A stretch of 64,000 bases of DNA from Candidatus Omnitrophota bacterium (GCA_043821445.1 JBDRCT010000033.1:5391-69390); one strand, 5' to 3'. Shown: positions 20,118-29,455, counted from the stretch's first letter. The notes: generated by a model not told the origin, from the sequence alone. Translations and numbers: made by a program.

Positions 20118-20475
20118 CCTTCATCGCCACCTCAGGCCCCACCGGAACCTTAAAAAAAGCGTCCGAGGCGCTCCAGATGTGGTTGAACATCAGGATCCCG
20201 ATACCGACCCAGATCACGGGATAACCGACGAGCGTTCCGAGAAGGATCGTGGTCACAATGCCCCCGATCTCGAGAACGATCATGGTACCGGTCTTGATCT
20301 TGCCGCTCTTGGTGTCCATTTCGTTGTTCAGGTATTGCCCCCAACCCGGCAGCACCAACGATGCCGCGCCGCGGGTCAAGCTTTTGTCCGCGTTGCCTTC
20401 TGCGGCATAAGCCACGCCGCTTACGGCCATGAACATGGCCACGGCCACCGTCATACTAATGATCTTCTTGAACAT
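20098..20475 (-). CDS. small secreted/membrane protein with PGWGQYL motif
   Basis: Signal peptide MFKKIISMTVAVAMFMAVSGVAYA; LPGWGQYLNN motif related to the 18616..19065 protein. Confidence 0.45.
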   Translation of the reverse strand: MFKKIISMTVAVAMFMAVSGVAYAAEGNADKSLTRGAASLVLPGWGQYLNNEMDTKSGKIKTGTMIVLEIGGIVTTILLGTLVGYPVIWVGIGILMFNHIWSASDAFFKVPVGPEVAMKGETLER

Positions 20476-20598
20476 AATCGCCTCCCTTTGTTTATTTCTA
20501 TGACGCCCCTAGTTATCGACCATTCCTCGAGAAGTTTAATTACAAGCCTACGCCGCGTCAAGAATCTCTTTAGAACAGAAGCCTGAAGTGCTGAAGGC

Positions 20599-22569
20599 CT
20601 ATTTGCTCGGTATAAGCCCGAATGCAAAACCTTTTTTTACCTTAGCGATAAGCTCGGGGAGAACTTCCTGATAATCGCGGACCATACCGAAATCCGCATG
20701 GCGAAAGATCGCGGCCTGAGGGTCCTGATTGATGGCGATGATCTTACCGGATTCTTTCATCCCCGCGAGGTGCTGGATAGCTCCGGAGATGGCGACGGCG
20801 ACATAGATCTTCGGACGGACGGTCTTTCCGGTCTGCCCGACCTGACGCGCATAGGGAGCATAGCCGTTGTCCACCGCGTGACGGCTCGCGCCCCAATCCG
20901 CGTTAATACCCTGATCTTGCAAGGCCTTCGCGAGTTCCTGGACCAGCTTGAAATTGTCGTGATCGCCGGCCGGCCGGCCCCCGGAAATAATGATATCCGC
21001 CACAAAGAGGTTGTCGCCGCCTCCCGCCTCGCGCTTGACTTCGATCACCTCCACCGCGAAATCACTTTCCCTGAAGGTGGGCATAAATTCGCGAACGGTC
21101 CCTTTCCGGTTTGTGTCTTTTGGCAATATTTTGAAAGTCCCGGCTCGCGCGGTCGCCATCTGCGGACACCAGAACCCGATGATGGTCGCAAGCTTACTTT
21201 CGCCGTAAGTCGGACGGATGGATTCAAGGCATGGATACATGATCGCTTTTCGAATGCGGTGCACATATTCCCCGACATTTAGGCTTGTGCAATCCGCCGT
21301 CACGCCGGCCCTCACGCGGCTCGCGAGCCTCGGTGCGAGTTCGCGGCCCGAAGTCGTTGCTCCAAAAAGCGCGATCTCAGGCCGTTGATGCTCCATCCAC
21401 TGCGCGAGAACAGCCGCCACCGGAAGGATCCTGTACTCTTTGAGGCGCGGATCATCCACGATCACGACCTCGTCGGCGCCTTGCGCGATGATCTCGGAAG
21501 CCACGTTCTTGATGTTATGCCCGGTCACGACCGCAGTCACCTGGGTCTGGAGTTGGTCCGCCAGCTTCCTTGCAGGATTCAGGATCTCAAGGGAAGAGCG
21601 TGCCGGTGTTTGTCCGTGCATTTCGATCCAGGTCAGAATGCCCCGTGCGCCGTTGCGGAAATCCACTCTTGGAAAGTCTACATCCGCTGTGGCCTTTTCC
21701 CCATCCGCACCTTTTTCATCTCCGGACCCCGCATGTTCTCCGTGGCCTCCGCTGATCGTGTCCTTGATCTTTTCGATCTCGGAGACAAAAGCCTCCACAA
21801 GATCTTTGGGCTCACGACCGGAGATCATGTTGACCGGCGGCCTGTCTTTTTGAATATCCACGACCTTCGACACGAGCGTCGGTGACCCATTGAGACCTAC
21901 CACGCTGGCGTCAGCCCCGGTTTGATCAAGCGTCCAAACCTCCGTCTGGGTGTTCTTCGCACGGATCGCTCCTTTGAGAGAGGGCCGGCGCGCCGGGGTC
22001 GCGGTCGGAGCAATAGAAATAAGACACGGGATGGGAACTTTGAGGACTTGATACCCCCCTTCGATGATGCGGCGGACCTTCAGATGGTCTCCCTTGAATT
22101 CTACCTTTTCTACAAAGGTCGCTTGAGAGATCCCAAGATTTTCCGCGGTCTGAGAAGGCACATGCGCCGTATCCCCGTCTGTTGTCTGGCGCCCGGAGAA
22201 AATGATGAAGGGATCCTTACTCTCTTTGGAGAATCCGAGCTTTTTGAGAAGCGAAGCGATCGCATGGCCGGTGGCGAACGTGTCCGACCCTCCAAGCTTC
22301 CTATCCGAGAGCAGTACCGCGCGGTCATACCCCATGGCCAAGGCCTTTTTAAGCGATTGTTCAAAACTCATGGGCCCCATCGAAACCACGATCAATTCCG
22401 CGTCCGGAACACACTTTTTGATCTGAAGCCCTTGCTCCAGGCCGAACGTACAGTCGGCATTGATCGAGGATTTCGCCTTGGTGCGGTCCATAAGCCCGTC
22501 GGCGCCCATCCGCATCTCGGTCGGGAGCGGCACTTGCTTCATGATGGTGATGATCTTTAAGCCCATATC
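20599..22569 (-). CDS. electron transfer flavoprotein, fused beta (N-terminal) and alpha (C-terminal) subunits
   Basis: Single 657-aa ORF: residues ~1-260 are EtfB-like (MGLKIITIMKQVP...VSMGP), a Gly/Asp-rich linker, then an EtfA-like domain with FAD-binding C-terminus (IYVAVAISGAIQHLAGM...IIAINQDPQAAIF). Confidence 0.8.
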   Translation of the reverse strand, partial: DMGLKIITIMKQVPLPTEMRMGADGLMDRTKAKSSINADCTFGLEQGLQIKKCVPDAELIVVSMGPMSFEQSLKKALAMGYDRAVLLSDRKLGGSDTFATGHAIASLLKKLGFSKESKDPFIIFSGRQTTDGDTAHVPSQTAENLGISQATFVEKVEFKGDHLKVRRIIEGGYQVLKVPIPCLISIAPTATPARRPSLKGAIRAKNTQTEVWTLDQTGADASVVGLNGSPTLVSKVVDIQKDRPPVNMISGREPKDLVEAFVSEIEKIKDTISGGHGEHAGSGDEKGADGEKATADVDFPRVDFRNGARGILTWIEMHGQTPARSSLEILNPARKLADQLQTQVTAVVTGHNIKNVASEIIAQGADEVVIVDDPRLKEYRILPVAAVLAQWMEHQRPEIALFGATTSGRELAPRLASRVRAGVTADCTSLNVGEYVHRIRKAIMYPCLESIRPTYGESKLATIIGFWCPQMATARAGTFKILPKDTNRKGTVREFMPTFRESDFAVEVIEVKREAGGGDNLFVADIIISGGRPAGDHDNFKLVQELAKALQDQGINADWGASRHAVDNGYAPYARQVGQTGKTVRPKIYVAVAISGAIQHLAGMKESGKIIAINQDPQAAIFRHADFGMVRDYQEVLPELIAKVKKGFAFGLIPSK

Positions 22570-24250
22570 ACAAGTTCTCGTATTCCGGTCCGTCGCCGCC
22601 ATACGGCACGGCCCATTCGATGTTCCCGAAGGGATCTTTGATGTCACAGGTCTTGCAATGCACGCAATTGGCCGGATGAAGATGAAGGTCTTTTTTCCCG
22701 GTCTTTGAATTTGTTACGATCTCATAAACCTCGGCCGGACAGAAATACTGGCACGGCCCGCCGTATTTCGGGATACAGACGTCCCGGCAAAGATTGAAGT
22801 CCAGTACCCGGAGATGGCACGGTTGCTCTTCGTCGTGCTTGGAACCGGAGAAAAAAACGTCGGTCACTTTGTCGAACGTCAGCTGTTTGTCAAAAATGAG
22901 TTCCTTCGCGAAATTCTTGCAAAATGGTTTTTTGACGTCCGAGAGTTTCCTGTAACAAGCCGCGTCCTCGTGTGTCTTCATCTTTCCCGAAGGCGTGATG
23001 CCGCGTCCGCCGGTCAATATCTGCATCGCGAAATGGAACGCCCCGAGGATCATCCCGTGCCCGAACCCGGCCCGGAAATTACGCGTGCGGGACAGGGTTT
23101 TGAATCCGGCGCTTTCCTTGAACAACTTCTCGTAAAGACCGAGTTTCTTCGCCGAGAAATCATTTTCCTTTAAGGCGCTGAACGCGGACTTCGCGGCAAG
23201 CATCCCGGACTCGATCGCGAGATGAACACCCTTCAGGCTCGGCATGCTGAGAAATCCCGCGGAGTCCCCGACGATCATGACCCCGTCATGGCAAAGCTTA
23301 GGCAAAGAATAAAGGCCCCCTTCCGGGATCGTCTTGGCACCGTAGCACAGAAGCTTCCCCTTTTCGAAGATCTTGGCGATGAAAGGATGTTTTTTATAGA
23401 CCTGGAGCGCCGCGTGGGAATCGAACGTGGGGTCCGTATAATCCAGCCCCGCCGCGATCCCGACCACGGCCTGGCGTCCGTTCAGGCCGTAAATGAAACC
23501 GCCGCCGAAGTGATTGAAAGAGAAAGGAAACCCGAGCGTGTGCATGATACGCCCGGCCTCAAAAGTCCCTTCCGGAAGGTCCCAAAGCTCCTTGACGCCC
23601 GTGGAATAAACCTGAGGATTGGAGTTTTCTTCCAAATTCAGTTTGCGGCAGAGCGCCTTGGTCAGACTGCCGCGGGGCCCTTCGGCCAGGATGGTAACCT
23701 TGGCGCGGATCTCGTTACCCGCCTGGAAATTATCCATCGGGTGTCCGTGCTTATCCACGCCGGTATCGATCGTCCTCGCCCCGATGACGCGGCCGTTCTC
23801 ATAGAGCATTTCGGAGACGCTGAACCCCGGATAAACTTGCACGCCCTTTTTCTCCGCGATCTCAGCCAGCCACCGCGTCATTTTCCCGAGAGAGACCACG
23901 AAATTCCCGTGATTTCCCATGAAAGGAGGCGTGAAAGGAGCTTTTAAAGCGAGTTTCGGGGTCAAAAAATAAACGCCTTCTTTTTTGACGGGAGATTCGA
24001 ATGGAAAATCCTTGGGGTCGACTCCGGGGAGGAGTTCCTTCAGCGTAGACGGATCGACCACAGCACCGGAAAGCGTGTGGCTCCCGATCAAACTTCCCTT
24101 TTCAAGGACCAGAATGTTCCAGGGAAGCTTGGCGTCCTCTCCTTTGGGAGCAGAGGCGGCCGCGAGGTCCGCAAGATGGATGGCAGTCGCGAGACCCGCA
24201 ACACCGCCGCCCACGATCAGAATGTCTGTTTCAACCACTTCGAACTTCGA
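22568..24250 (-). CDS. electron-transfer-flavoprotein:quinone oxidoreductase (FixC-like flavoprotein with C-terminal 4Fe-4S ferredoxin domain)
   Basis: N-terminal FAD motif ILIVGGGVAGLATAIHL; C-terminal CVHCKTCDIKDP ferredoxin motif; stop overlaps start of the EtfBA fusion gene. Confidence 0.85.
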   Translation of the reverse strand, partial: SKFEVVETDILIVGGGVAGLATAIHLADLAAASAPKGEDAKLPWNILVLEKGSLIGSHTLSGAVVDPSTLKELLPGVDPKDFPFESPVKKEGVYFLTPKLALKAPFTPPFMGNHGNFVVSLGKMTRWLAEIAEKKGVQVYPGFSVSEMLYENGRVIGARTIDTGVDKHGHPMDNFQAGNEIRAKVTILAEGPRGSLTKALCRKLNLEENSNPQVYSTGVKELWDLPEGTFEAGRIMHTLGFPFSFNHFGGGFIYGLNGRQAVVGIAAGLDYTDPTFDSHAALQVYKKHPFIAKIFEKGKLLCYGAKTIPEGGLYSLPKLCHDGVMIVGDSAGFLSMPSLKGVHLAIESGMLAAKSAFSALKENDFSAKKLGLYEKLFKESAGFKTLSRTRNFRAGFGHGMILGAFHFAMQILTGGRGITPSGKMKTHEDAACYRKLSDVKKPFCKNFAKELIFDKQLTFDKVTDVFFSGSKHDEEQPCHLRVLDFNLCRDVCIPKYGGPCQYFCPAEVYEIVTNSKTGKKDLHLHPANCVHCKTCDIKDPFGNIEWAVPYGGDGPEYENL

Positions 24251-24382
24251 CATAGGAATATGAGATCTCTCGAGAGGAAATTCTAAAAATTGAGGCGGTA
24301 TTTTAACATAAATTTGTCGGCGAAAAAGAGAAAAGTTGTTTTTTGCTCTAGAGAACAGCCACTGGAAGAAAATCAACCCCTG

Positions 24383-24488
24383 CCCCGTTAGAAAAAAACG
24401 GGATGTTGCTTTTGGTTATTTTACGCGTCTCTTCTCGCCACGCTTCTTCCTGTGTTCTGCAACAACCGGTGTCAGTTTTCTAACGGGG
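24383..24488 (+). mobile_element. MITE-like element of the same TIR family (copy 2, ~106 bp)
   Basis: CCCCGTTAGAAAAAAACGGG ... TTTTCTAACGGGG; right terminus provides the last three codons and the TAG stop of etfA. Confidence 0.55.
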
Positions 24489-25517
24489 TGAAGCGAGGAG
24501 CTCGTTCACCTTGGCCATAACGGCGAAGGCATCGGCCACGTAGAGCACATCGGCCTTCCCTTGGGCCCAGCCGCAATTGGCGTCCATATTGACCGCGCGG
24601 CGTTCGTTGATAAAGCGCCAGCCGACCACGTGCGGTTCTTCTCCGTGACAGCAGGTGGAAAGGCCCTTCGGATGACGCGGCGTGGCGCCGGTCTGTCCGA
24701 CCTGGTTGAGATGGCTCATGAAGGAAAGCACCGCTTCCCCTTCCGACCCCTGGTCCACGAGCGATTTGCTGCTCCCGAGCGAGGCCTTGGCGTGTTTCAA
24801 GAAATCAAGAATATGTTTTTCGGCTTCCTTGGCATGGATCTGGCCATCCACCTGTTTTTTGGTCCATCCGGCACCCGCTACGAGCAGCACCGCGGCCTCC
24901 GGGCGAATGGTCTGCGCGTCTGCGGAAGGCGCTTCAACACCCGTCACTTTTGTGCGCTTTTCCTGGTCCGTCACAGCAACGGCAACCGCTTCCATTTTCG
25001 CCGCGCCTTTGGCCCCCTGCCACACCTCGAACACGCCGGAATCCACGGCGAGGATCCACGGCCGCGCCGCGCGAGTCAGTGTCGCCAACATGCGCTGACG
25101 ATAGTACCAGCGCTGGACCTGCAAAACGCCGCCGGTGAACTGTAGGCCGCTCACATGCGTATCGATCGTGGCCTTTAAACGGAATGCCGCGCCGGGCAAT
25201 GCCCTGGAAAAACGGGACGTTGCAGGGGCAACGATGATCGTCGCTCCCGAAGCGGTTCCGATGGCTTCCGCGGCTTTCACATCCGTTGCGTAACGCGAGG
25301 TCCCGAAATCAGCACCGCTCACGCCGAGCATTTTTGCTGCGCCGCATGCCGCGATCGAATCCGCGGCGGCCTGGACATTCTCCCCGACAAGACCGACGGT
25401 AAGCGTGGAACCCGCGAGGCCTTTCTGGACCTCAAGCGCCGCGTTTAAGGTTTCAAGCGCGACCTTCGGAAGAAGGCCGTTTGCATCCGTATGAGCTAAA
25501 AAGAGTATTTTTTCCAT
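24480..25517 (-). CDS. etfA: electron transfer flavoprotein alpha subunit
   Basis: 345 aa, EtfA N-domain and FAD-binding C-domain; last codons (SPR-stop) are encoded by the terminal inverted repeat of a MITE copy. Confidence 0.85.
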   Translation of the reverse strand: MEKILFLAHTDANGLLPKVALETLNAALEVQKGLAGSTLTVGLVGENVQAAADSIAACGAAKMLGVSGADFGTSRYATDVKAAEAIGTASGATIIVAPATSRFSRALPGAAFRLKATIDTHVSGLQFTGGVLQVQRWYYRQRMLATLTRAARPWILAVDSGVFEVWQGAKGAAKMEAVAVAVTDQEKRTKVTGVEAPSADAQTIRPEAAVLLVAGAGWTKKQVDGQIHAKEAEKHILDFLKHAKASLGSSKSLVDQGSEGEAVLSFMSHLNQVGQTGATPRHPKGLSTCCHGEEPHVVGWRFINERRAVNMDANCGWAQGKADVLYVADAFAVMAKVNELLASPR

Positions 25518-25786
25518 TATAGCCGTCCCCCCGTTAGAGATAGGAAGCGCTTCAATCGATTCTTCAAAAAACGTTTCCCCATCCCTGTTTTTAAATATCG
25601 TTCCCTTACTACAGCATCATTGATATCTATACAAGCTTCGTAATAAATTACCTCGAAAGGACCGCGCCCTTTAGTTGAAGCAACCCTGCCCTGCGAATGC
25701 TCCTTGAAGCGCTTCCGTAAATCTTTGCAAAATCCGGTGTAGAATTTTTTATCCCTCTGACTTTGCAAAACATACGTATAAAACAT
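25517..25786 (-). CDS. small stand-alone GIY-YIG nuclease-family protein (YhbQ/UPF0213-like)
   Basis: MFYTYVLQSQRDKKFYTGFCKDLRKRFKEHSQG...GPFEVIYYE...ERYLK matches the GIY-YIG catalytic core; lies between etfB and etfA, inside a 281-bp element with CCCCGTTAGAGA/TCTCTAACGGGG termini; its TAA stop overlaps the etfA ATG. Confidence 0.75.
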   Translation of the reverse strand: MFYTYVLQSQRDKKFYTGFCKDLRKRFKEHSQGRVASTKGRGPFEVIYYEACIDINDAVVRERYLKTGMGKRFLKNRLKRFLSLTGGRL

Positions 25787-25809
25787 TCCTCAACCAATCT
25801 CTAACGGGG
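25529..25809 (+). mobile_element. 281-bp member of the same TIR family carrying the GIY-YIG ORF (candidate autonomous or cargo-bearing copy)
   Basis: CCCCGTTAGAGATAGGAAGCGCTTC at the left, TCTCTAACGGGG at the right; fills the etfB-etfA intergenic space exactly; internal 89-aa GIY-YIG gene with SD supplied by the terminus. Confidence 0.6.
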
Positions 25810-26619
25810 TTAACCTCTTATCCAGGTTACGATCTCTTGGGCGATCTCTTCGACCGGCGTATCTTTGACGATGCGTGTCTGGCGCTGCTGCTTCGGCAGC
25901 TCCACGCTTGCGAATTTGATGGCGTCGGTCTTGAGCGCCGCGGGGGTCGCCTTCTGAAGGGCCGGCATAATGGTACGCATGTTCGTCATCCCGACCTGAG
26001 GATTGTTCGGCGGTTCCGGAAGATTTCCGGTCGCCCATCCGATCACGGCCGGGGCCCCGGCGCATGTGGAAACCAGGTATTGCCCGCCCTCGATACGCTC
26101 GAGGACCCTGAACGAGCCGTCCGGCTGGACCTTGAGTTCGTCGGCTGCAAGAAATACGTCATGGATCCCGAGCTGTTCGGCGATCATCTGCATCGTGGTC
26201 CCCGCGTCACGCGAAGCGGAGGAACAGCCGCCGAAGACGAGAAGCTTCGTTTTATCAAGTCCCGGGATCTTCTCGATCGCCCCGGCCAGGGCCGCCGCGA
26301 CTTCCCTTGAATCCATAAAACCGCTCGCGGAACCGTCAAGGCACACAAGCTCGAAGGGGACCTTCTGGGCGATGATCATCATGAGCTGTTGGAGCTTGGC
26401 TTTGGGCCCGAGGCTTAGGAGCGTCACCTTGCTTCCCGGGTTCTGCTTCGCGAGATTTGAGGCCTCAAAAAGGGAGTGCCCCGCCCACGGGTCCAGCACC
26501 GAAGGCAGCATCATTTCATTCTTAAGAGCGGGTCCGGTCGCCCCCTGGATCGGCTCCAGCGTCTGGAGCGGGTCCGGCACCAGACTCCCGCAGACTACGA
26601 TGTTAAAAGCTGTCGTCAT
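25810..26619 (-). CDS. etfB: electron transfer flavoprotein beta subunit
   Basis: 269 aa, EtfB fold (MTTAFNIVVCGSLVPD...LLSLGP...). Confidence 0.85.
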   Translation of the reverse strand: MTTAFNIVVCGSLVPDPLQTLEPIQGATGPALKNEMMLPSVLDPWAGHSLFEASNLAKQNPGSKVTLLSLGPKAKLQQLMMIIAQKVPFELVCLDGSASGFMDSREVAAALAGAIEKIPGLDKTKLLVFGGCSSASRDAGTTMQMIAEQLGIHDVFLAADELKVQPDGSFRVLERIEGGQYLVSTCAGAPAVIGWATGNLPEPPNNPQVGMTNMRTIMPALQKATPAALKTDAIKFASVELPKQQRQTRIVKDTPVEEIAQEIVTWIRG

Positions 26620-26627
26620 AATTCCCC

Positions 26628-26697
26628 TCCTTAAAAAATCAATTGAAAATTAGGACTGCCCAAGTCGCCGTTCATTAAAAGAAAACCAAGACTTGGG
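26628..26697 (+). repeat. hairpin element of the same family (copy b)
   Basis: TTAAAAAATCAATTGAAAATTAGGACTGCCCAAGTCGCCGTTCATTAAAAGAAAACCAAGACTTGGGCG; flanked by 14-bp direct repeat CGTCATA(A/G)TTCCCC containing the etfB start codon. Confidence 0.6.
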
Positions 26698-26708
26698 CGT
26701 CATAGTTC

Positions 26709-26838
26709 CCCCGTTAGAGATAGGATGCGCTTCTACTTTAAGAGCGCATCCGCTTGTTAATGAAATATAACCTTTTAATCCTTTACCCTCCGATAGAAAT
26801 CTCTTTCAAAAATATCGTCAAACCGATCTCTAACGGGG
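26709..26838 (+). mobile_element. MITE-like element of the same TIR family (copy 4, ~130 bp)
   Basis: CCCCGTTAGAGATAGGATGCGCT... (9-bp perfect hairpin GGATGCGCT/AGCGCATCC) ... GATCTCTAACGGGG. Confidence 0.6.
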
Positions 26839-26929
26839 TAAACCTTCCCTATTGAATGATTTCTGGGGAAACCGCGTCTTTATTGGGTCACTGGGCGGAC
26901 ATTATAATGAGGGAACTACTTTTCGGCTA

Positions 26930-27012
26930 GTCCCAATTCCATTCAATCGAAGCGAAGCTGAGATTGGGGCAATCCTGGCTACCATTTTTCAAAAGAAAAC
27001 AAAAGTCAGGGC
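26930..27012 (+). repeat. family B repeat with downstream hairpin module
   Basis: GTCCCAATTCCATTCAATCGAAGCGAAGCTGAGATTGGGGCAATCCTGGCTACCATTTTTCAAAAGAAAACAAAAGTCAGGGCAG. Confidence 0.5.
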
Positions 27013-27108
27013 AGTATCTTTTTGTTCAAGTACGCTAAAGACCCGGTCTTAAAAGGCTCTCAAAGACCGGGTCTTGGAATGGGTGTGCGGGGACTCACCC
27101 GTCTCTGC

Positions 27109-27222
27109 CTAAAATTTTCTTTCCCTCCTTTTTTCTTCCTTGATCTTTCTCTTCTCCATCAGCGTATGTTTGGCAGCCTTCTTCTGCGAACCTCTTTCTT
27201 TTCCCTTGTCTTGCGTTCCCAT
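27109..27222 (-). CDS. candidate 37-aa highly basic small protein
   Basis: Not in ORF track (<60 aa): ATG at ~27220-27222 (minus) preceded by AAGGAGA at -8; MGTQDKGKERGSQKKAAKHTLMEKRKIKEEKRRERKF. Confidence 0.3.
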   Translation of the reverse strand: MGTQDKGKERGSQKKAAKHTLMEKRKIKEEKRRERKF

Positions 27223-27282
27223 AAATTTTCTCCTTGATCATTGGGCCATTAGAATTGAAAAGAAAACGTCGGCATATACATT

Positions 27283-27696
27283 CTATTCTTCCGCGGGCCG
27301 GGCGCGGAGTTTTTTAAGCGCGCCGTGTTTCTGCTTAGCGTCGAGCATTTTGTCTTTAGCCCGCTTGGAACGTTTCCGTTTCTGCCGCCGGACCTTGGCG
27401 GTCCGTCGGGCCTCCTCACTCTCCCGCCCCAGGACCCGCTCTTCCAGTTTTTCCGTCAACATCCGGCGTGCCCGGTACCGGTTCATGGCTTGCGTGCGTT
27501 CTTGCTGGCATTTGACGATCAGTCCGGTGGGCTTGTGTTTCAGAAGAACGCACGTGGAGACTTTGTTGACGTTCTGACCCCCCGGTCCCCCGGAGCGCAC
27601 GAACGATTCCTCAAGATCTTGCTCGCGGATCCCGAGCCGCTCCATTTTCCCCGCAAGCCCCTGTTGCTTCTTTTCAGATACCGGATAAATATTCAT
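27283..27696 (-). CDS. arfB: alternative ribosome-rescue factor ArfB (peptidyl-tRNA hydrolase, GGQ family)
   Basis: 137 aa, [14 protein letters not shown] motif and basic C-terminal tail, as in ArfB/YaeJ. Confidence 0.8.
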   Translation of the reverse strand: MNIYPVSEKKQQGLAGKMERLGIREQDLEESFVRSGGPGGQNVNKVSTCVLLKHKPTGLIVKCQQERTQAMNRYRARRMLTEKLEERVLGRESEEARRTAKVRRQKRKRSKRAKDKMLDAKQKHGALKKLRARPAEE

Positions 27697-27883
27697 AGGA
27701 TCTTTGGGAGTTAAGTGATGTGACTCCGGAATTGAACGGGCTTACCTCTCCCCGCGGACGGCATCCGGTTTACTGTAGTGGGTCCCCCGAATTTAAAAGG
27801 GAGCTGTCCGAAATGACCAGCCCCCTTCATCAATGAAGCTAACAAACATTCCTTGAGCTTTATCGCTTTCCGTTTCTTATTTA

Positions 27884-28249
27884 TTACGTTTTAACTGGCT
27901 TCAGCTCCGCATAATAATGTTCATTTTCAAATCGATAAGCCGCCCCAGTAATTAAATCGATAATACTGCCAAAGAGCCAAAACCACGGGGATAGCTCATT
28001 TGCAACCAACATTGTCTTATCTTCATACCCTTCTTTCTTGAACGTAATGTATTCGTCCCTTTTTCTTTTTAATATCGCTGCCGTCGGCGTTTCGCCCAAA
28101 CCGACTCCTCCAGCACTAAAGATTTTGGCTCCAGTAGGGGCAGAATCAAAAGAAATTTGCTCCTTTCCTCCATTAGCTATAGTCATACAACCCGAAAAGC
28201 TAATTAGCACTATTGGAATCAAAAATACAGCTAACGCTCTCTTCATCAT
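27884..28249 (-). CDS. lipoprotein, unknown function (low-GC island)
   Basis: MMKRALAVFLIPIVLISFSGC lipobox; region ~40% GC versus ~57% for the window. Confidence 0.5.
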   Translation of the reverse strand: MMKRALAVFLIPIVLISFSGCMTIANGGKEQISFDSAPTGAKIFSAGGVGLGETPTAAILKRKRDEYITFKKEGYEDKTMLVANELSPWFWLFGSIIDLITGAAYRFENEHYYAELKPVKT

Positions 28250-28441
28250 ACGCCCCCCCTTGCTTTGTGATTTTTACAGTTAGATTGCATTTTACTCCCG
28301 CCTCCTAGTCCTGCCTATTCAAAAAAGTCGAATGGTACCCCGCCAGAGGCGGACAGGCGGGTTCACCACAGTGCTGCTTCGCTGCAAAAAGAGCGGCTAC
28401 TTTGGGATCACGTTATGCGCCTGTCCCCTTTTCGGTGACTG

Positions 28442-29452
28442 TCACCCGCCTAGAAGCAGATACCCTTCTGGAAGCTTTGCGGCACCTTCTATAATTATTT
28501 CTTCTTCACATGTAAAGGTTTGGGCTCCTTTGCTATAGTCTTTCCATCGTTTATCATAAATTTTGCGATCAATAAGAGATATGTCATCTGTGCGCTCTTT
28601 TGCTACAGTCTTGAGATGAAAACTTCTTCCGAGCAAAATTCCGCCACAATCTGTTAGTATATATCGGTTATGCAACTCATCGCCGCCTTCTCTCTTCCGC
28701 CATCTAATAAATGTAACTTTTAAGCCTTTGGGAATACATCGTGGCAGAAGCTTTTCACAACAATCCTTAAAATACTTAGGATCTTTGCTATTACAGGATT
28801 CGAAGTTAACATGCATTTCAACAACTATGTCTTTGAGACTTCCCTCTTCACGATATTTGCAAAGCTCTTCCAAAAAATGTTTTAAAAAAATTGTAATTTT
28901 AGAATCTTCTGGCGAAAAATGAGGATCAATAAATTTAACGAATTGACAGATTCGAAGCATTGGCGAAACTGCTTGAGCCATTGCTACCGGCTCCATATTG
29001 ATAGTTTCGCCCAGGGACATTTCCCATTTCGCAGATCCTTCATGCTTTAAATCCTTTGGATTAATAATGGCCTTTTCAAGATCCGTAGCAACTTCTGCAA
29101 CGATTGCTTGAAATGGTATGGATTCATGAGCCGATAAAGCATTTTCGAGCCAACTATCTCCTTCTCTCCAATTATGATAAACGCGCTGTACCATAACCTC
29201 ACAAACACTTTGTATAAATTCCGTTAAAGCATGTAACTCCTGCTGCCTCTTTGCTTCCTCTTGCGGATTTTGAGGGGGTGAAATTGAGACTTCTTTTTGG
29301 TAGGCTCCTTCAACTTTTTTTTTCCAGTCCTTAGGAAAACGAGACAAAATGCGCGGCTTCCCAATGCCGAATTCCCCCTTGAAATCTTTCGCAGAATTTC
29401 GGTGGTAACACTTGGCTGCTACGTTTGGATCGAGAGCGTATTCGAAAATCAT
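28442..29452 (-). CDS. uncharacterised 336-aa partner protein of the island ATPase (candidate effector)
   Basis: ATG 3 nt downstream of the ATPase stop (translational coupling); no domain confidently recognisable by eye; C-terminal ELHNRYILTDCGGILLGRSF loosely resembles an HxK/R(x)4D(x)6G HKD/PLD-type motif. Confidence 0.6.
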   Translation of the reverse strand: MIFEYALDPNVAAKCYHRNSAKDFKGEFGIGKPRILSRFPKDWKKKVEGAYQKEVSISPPQNPQEEAKRQQELHALTEFIQSVCEVMVQRVYHNWREGDSWLENALSAHESIPFQAIVAEVATDLEKAIINPKDLKHEGSAKWEMSLGETINMEPVAMAQAVSPMLRICQFVKFIDPHFSPEDSKITIFLKHFLEELCKYREEGSLKDIVVEMHVNFESCNSKDPKYFKDCCEKLLPRCIPKGLKVTFIRWRKREGGDELHNRYILTDCGGILLGRSFHLKTVAKERTDDISLIDRKIYDKRWKDYSKGAQTFTCEEEIIIEGAAKLPEGYLLLGG

Positions 29453-29455
29453 TGA

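Noticed and set aside
25517-25786. GIY-YIG ORF as an intron-encoded homing endonuclease
   Set aside because: There is no group I/II intron structure and no interrupted host gene. The protein is catalytic-domain-only (89 aa) with no DNA-binding extension.
27700-27800. tRNA/tmRNA-like sequence (GTTCAATTCCGG, GGGTCCCCCGAATT) at the left boundary of the low-GC island, as a possible integration target
   Set aside because: No acceptor stem/CCA, D-arm or anticodon arm can be assembled. Only a short local hairpin (GGAGT...ACTCC) is present.
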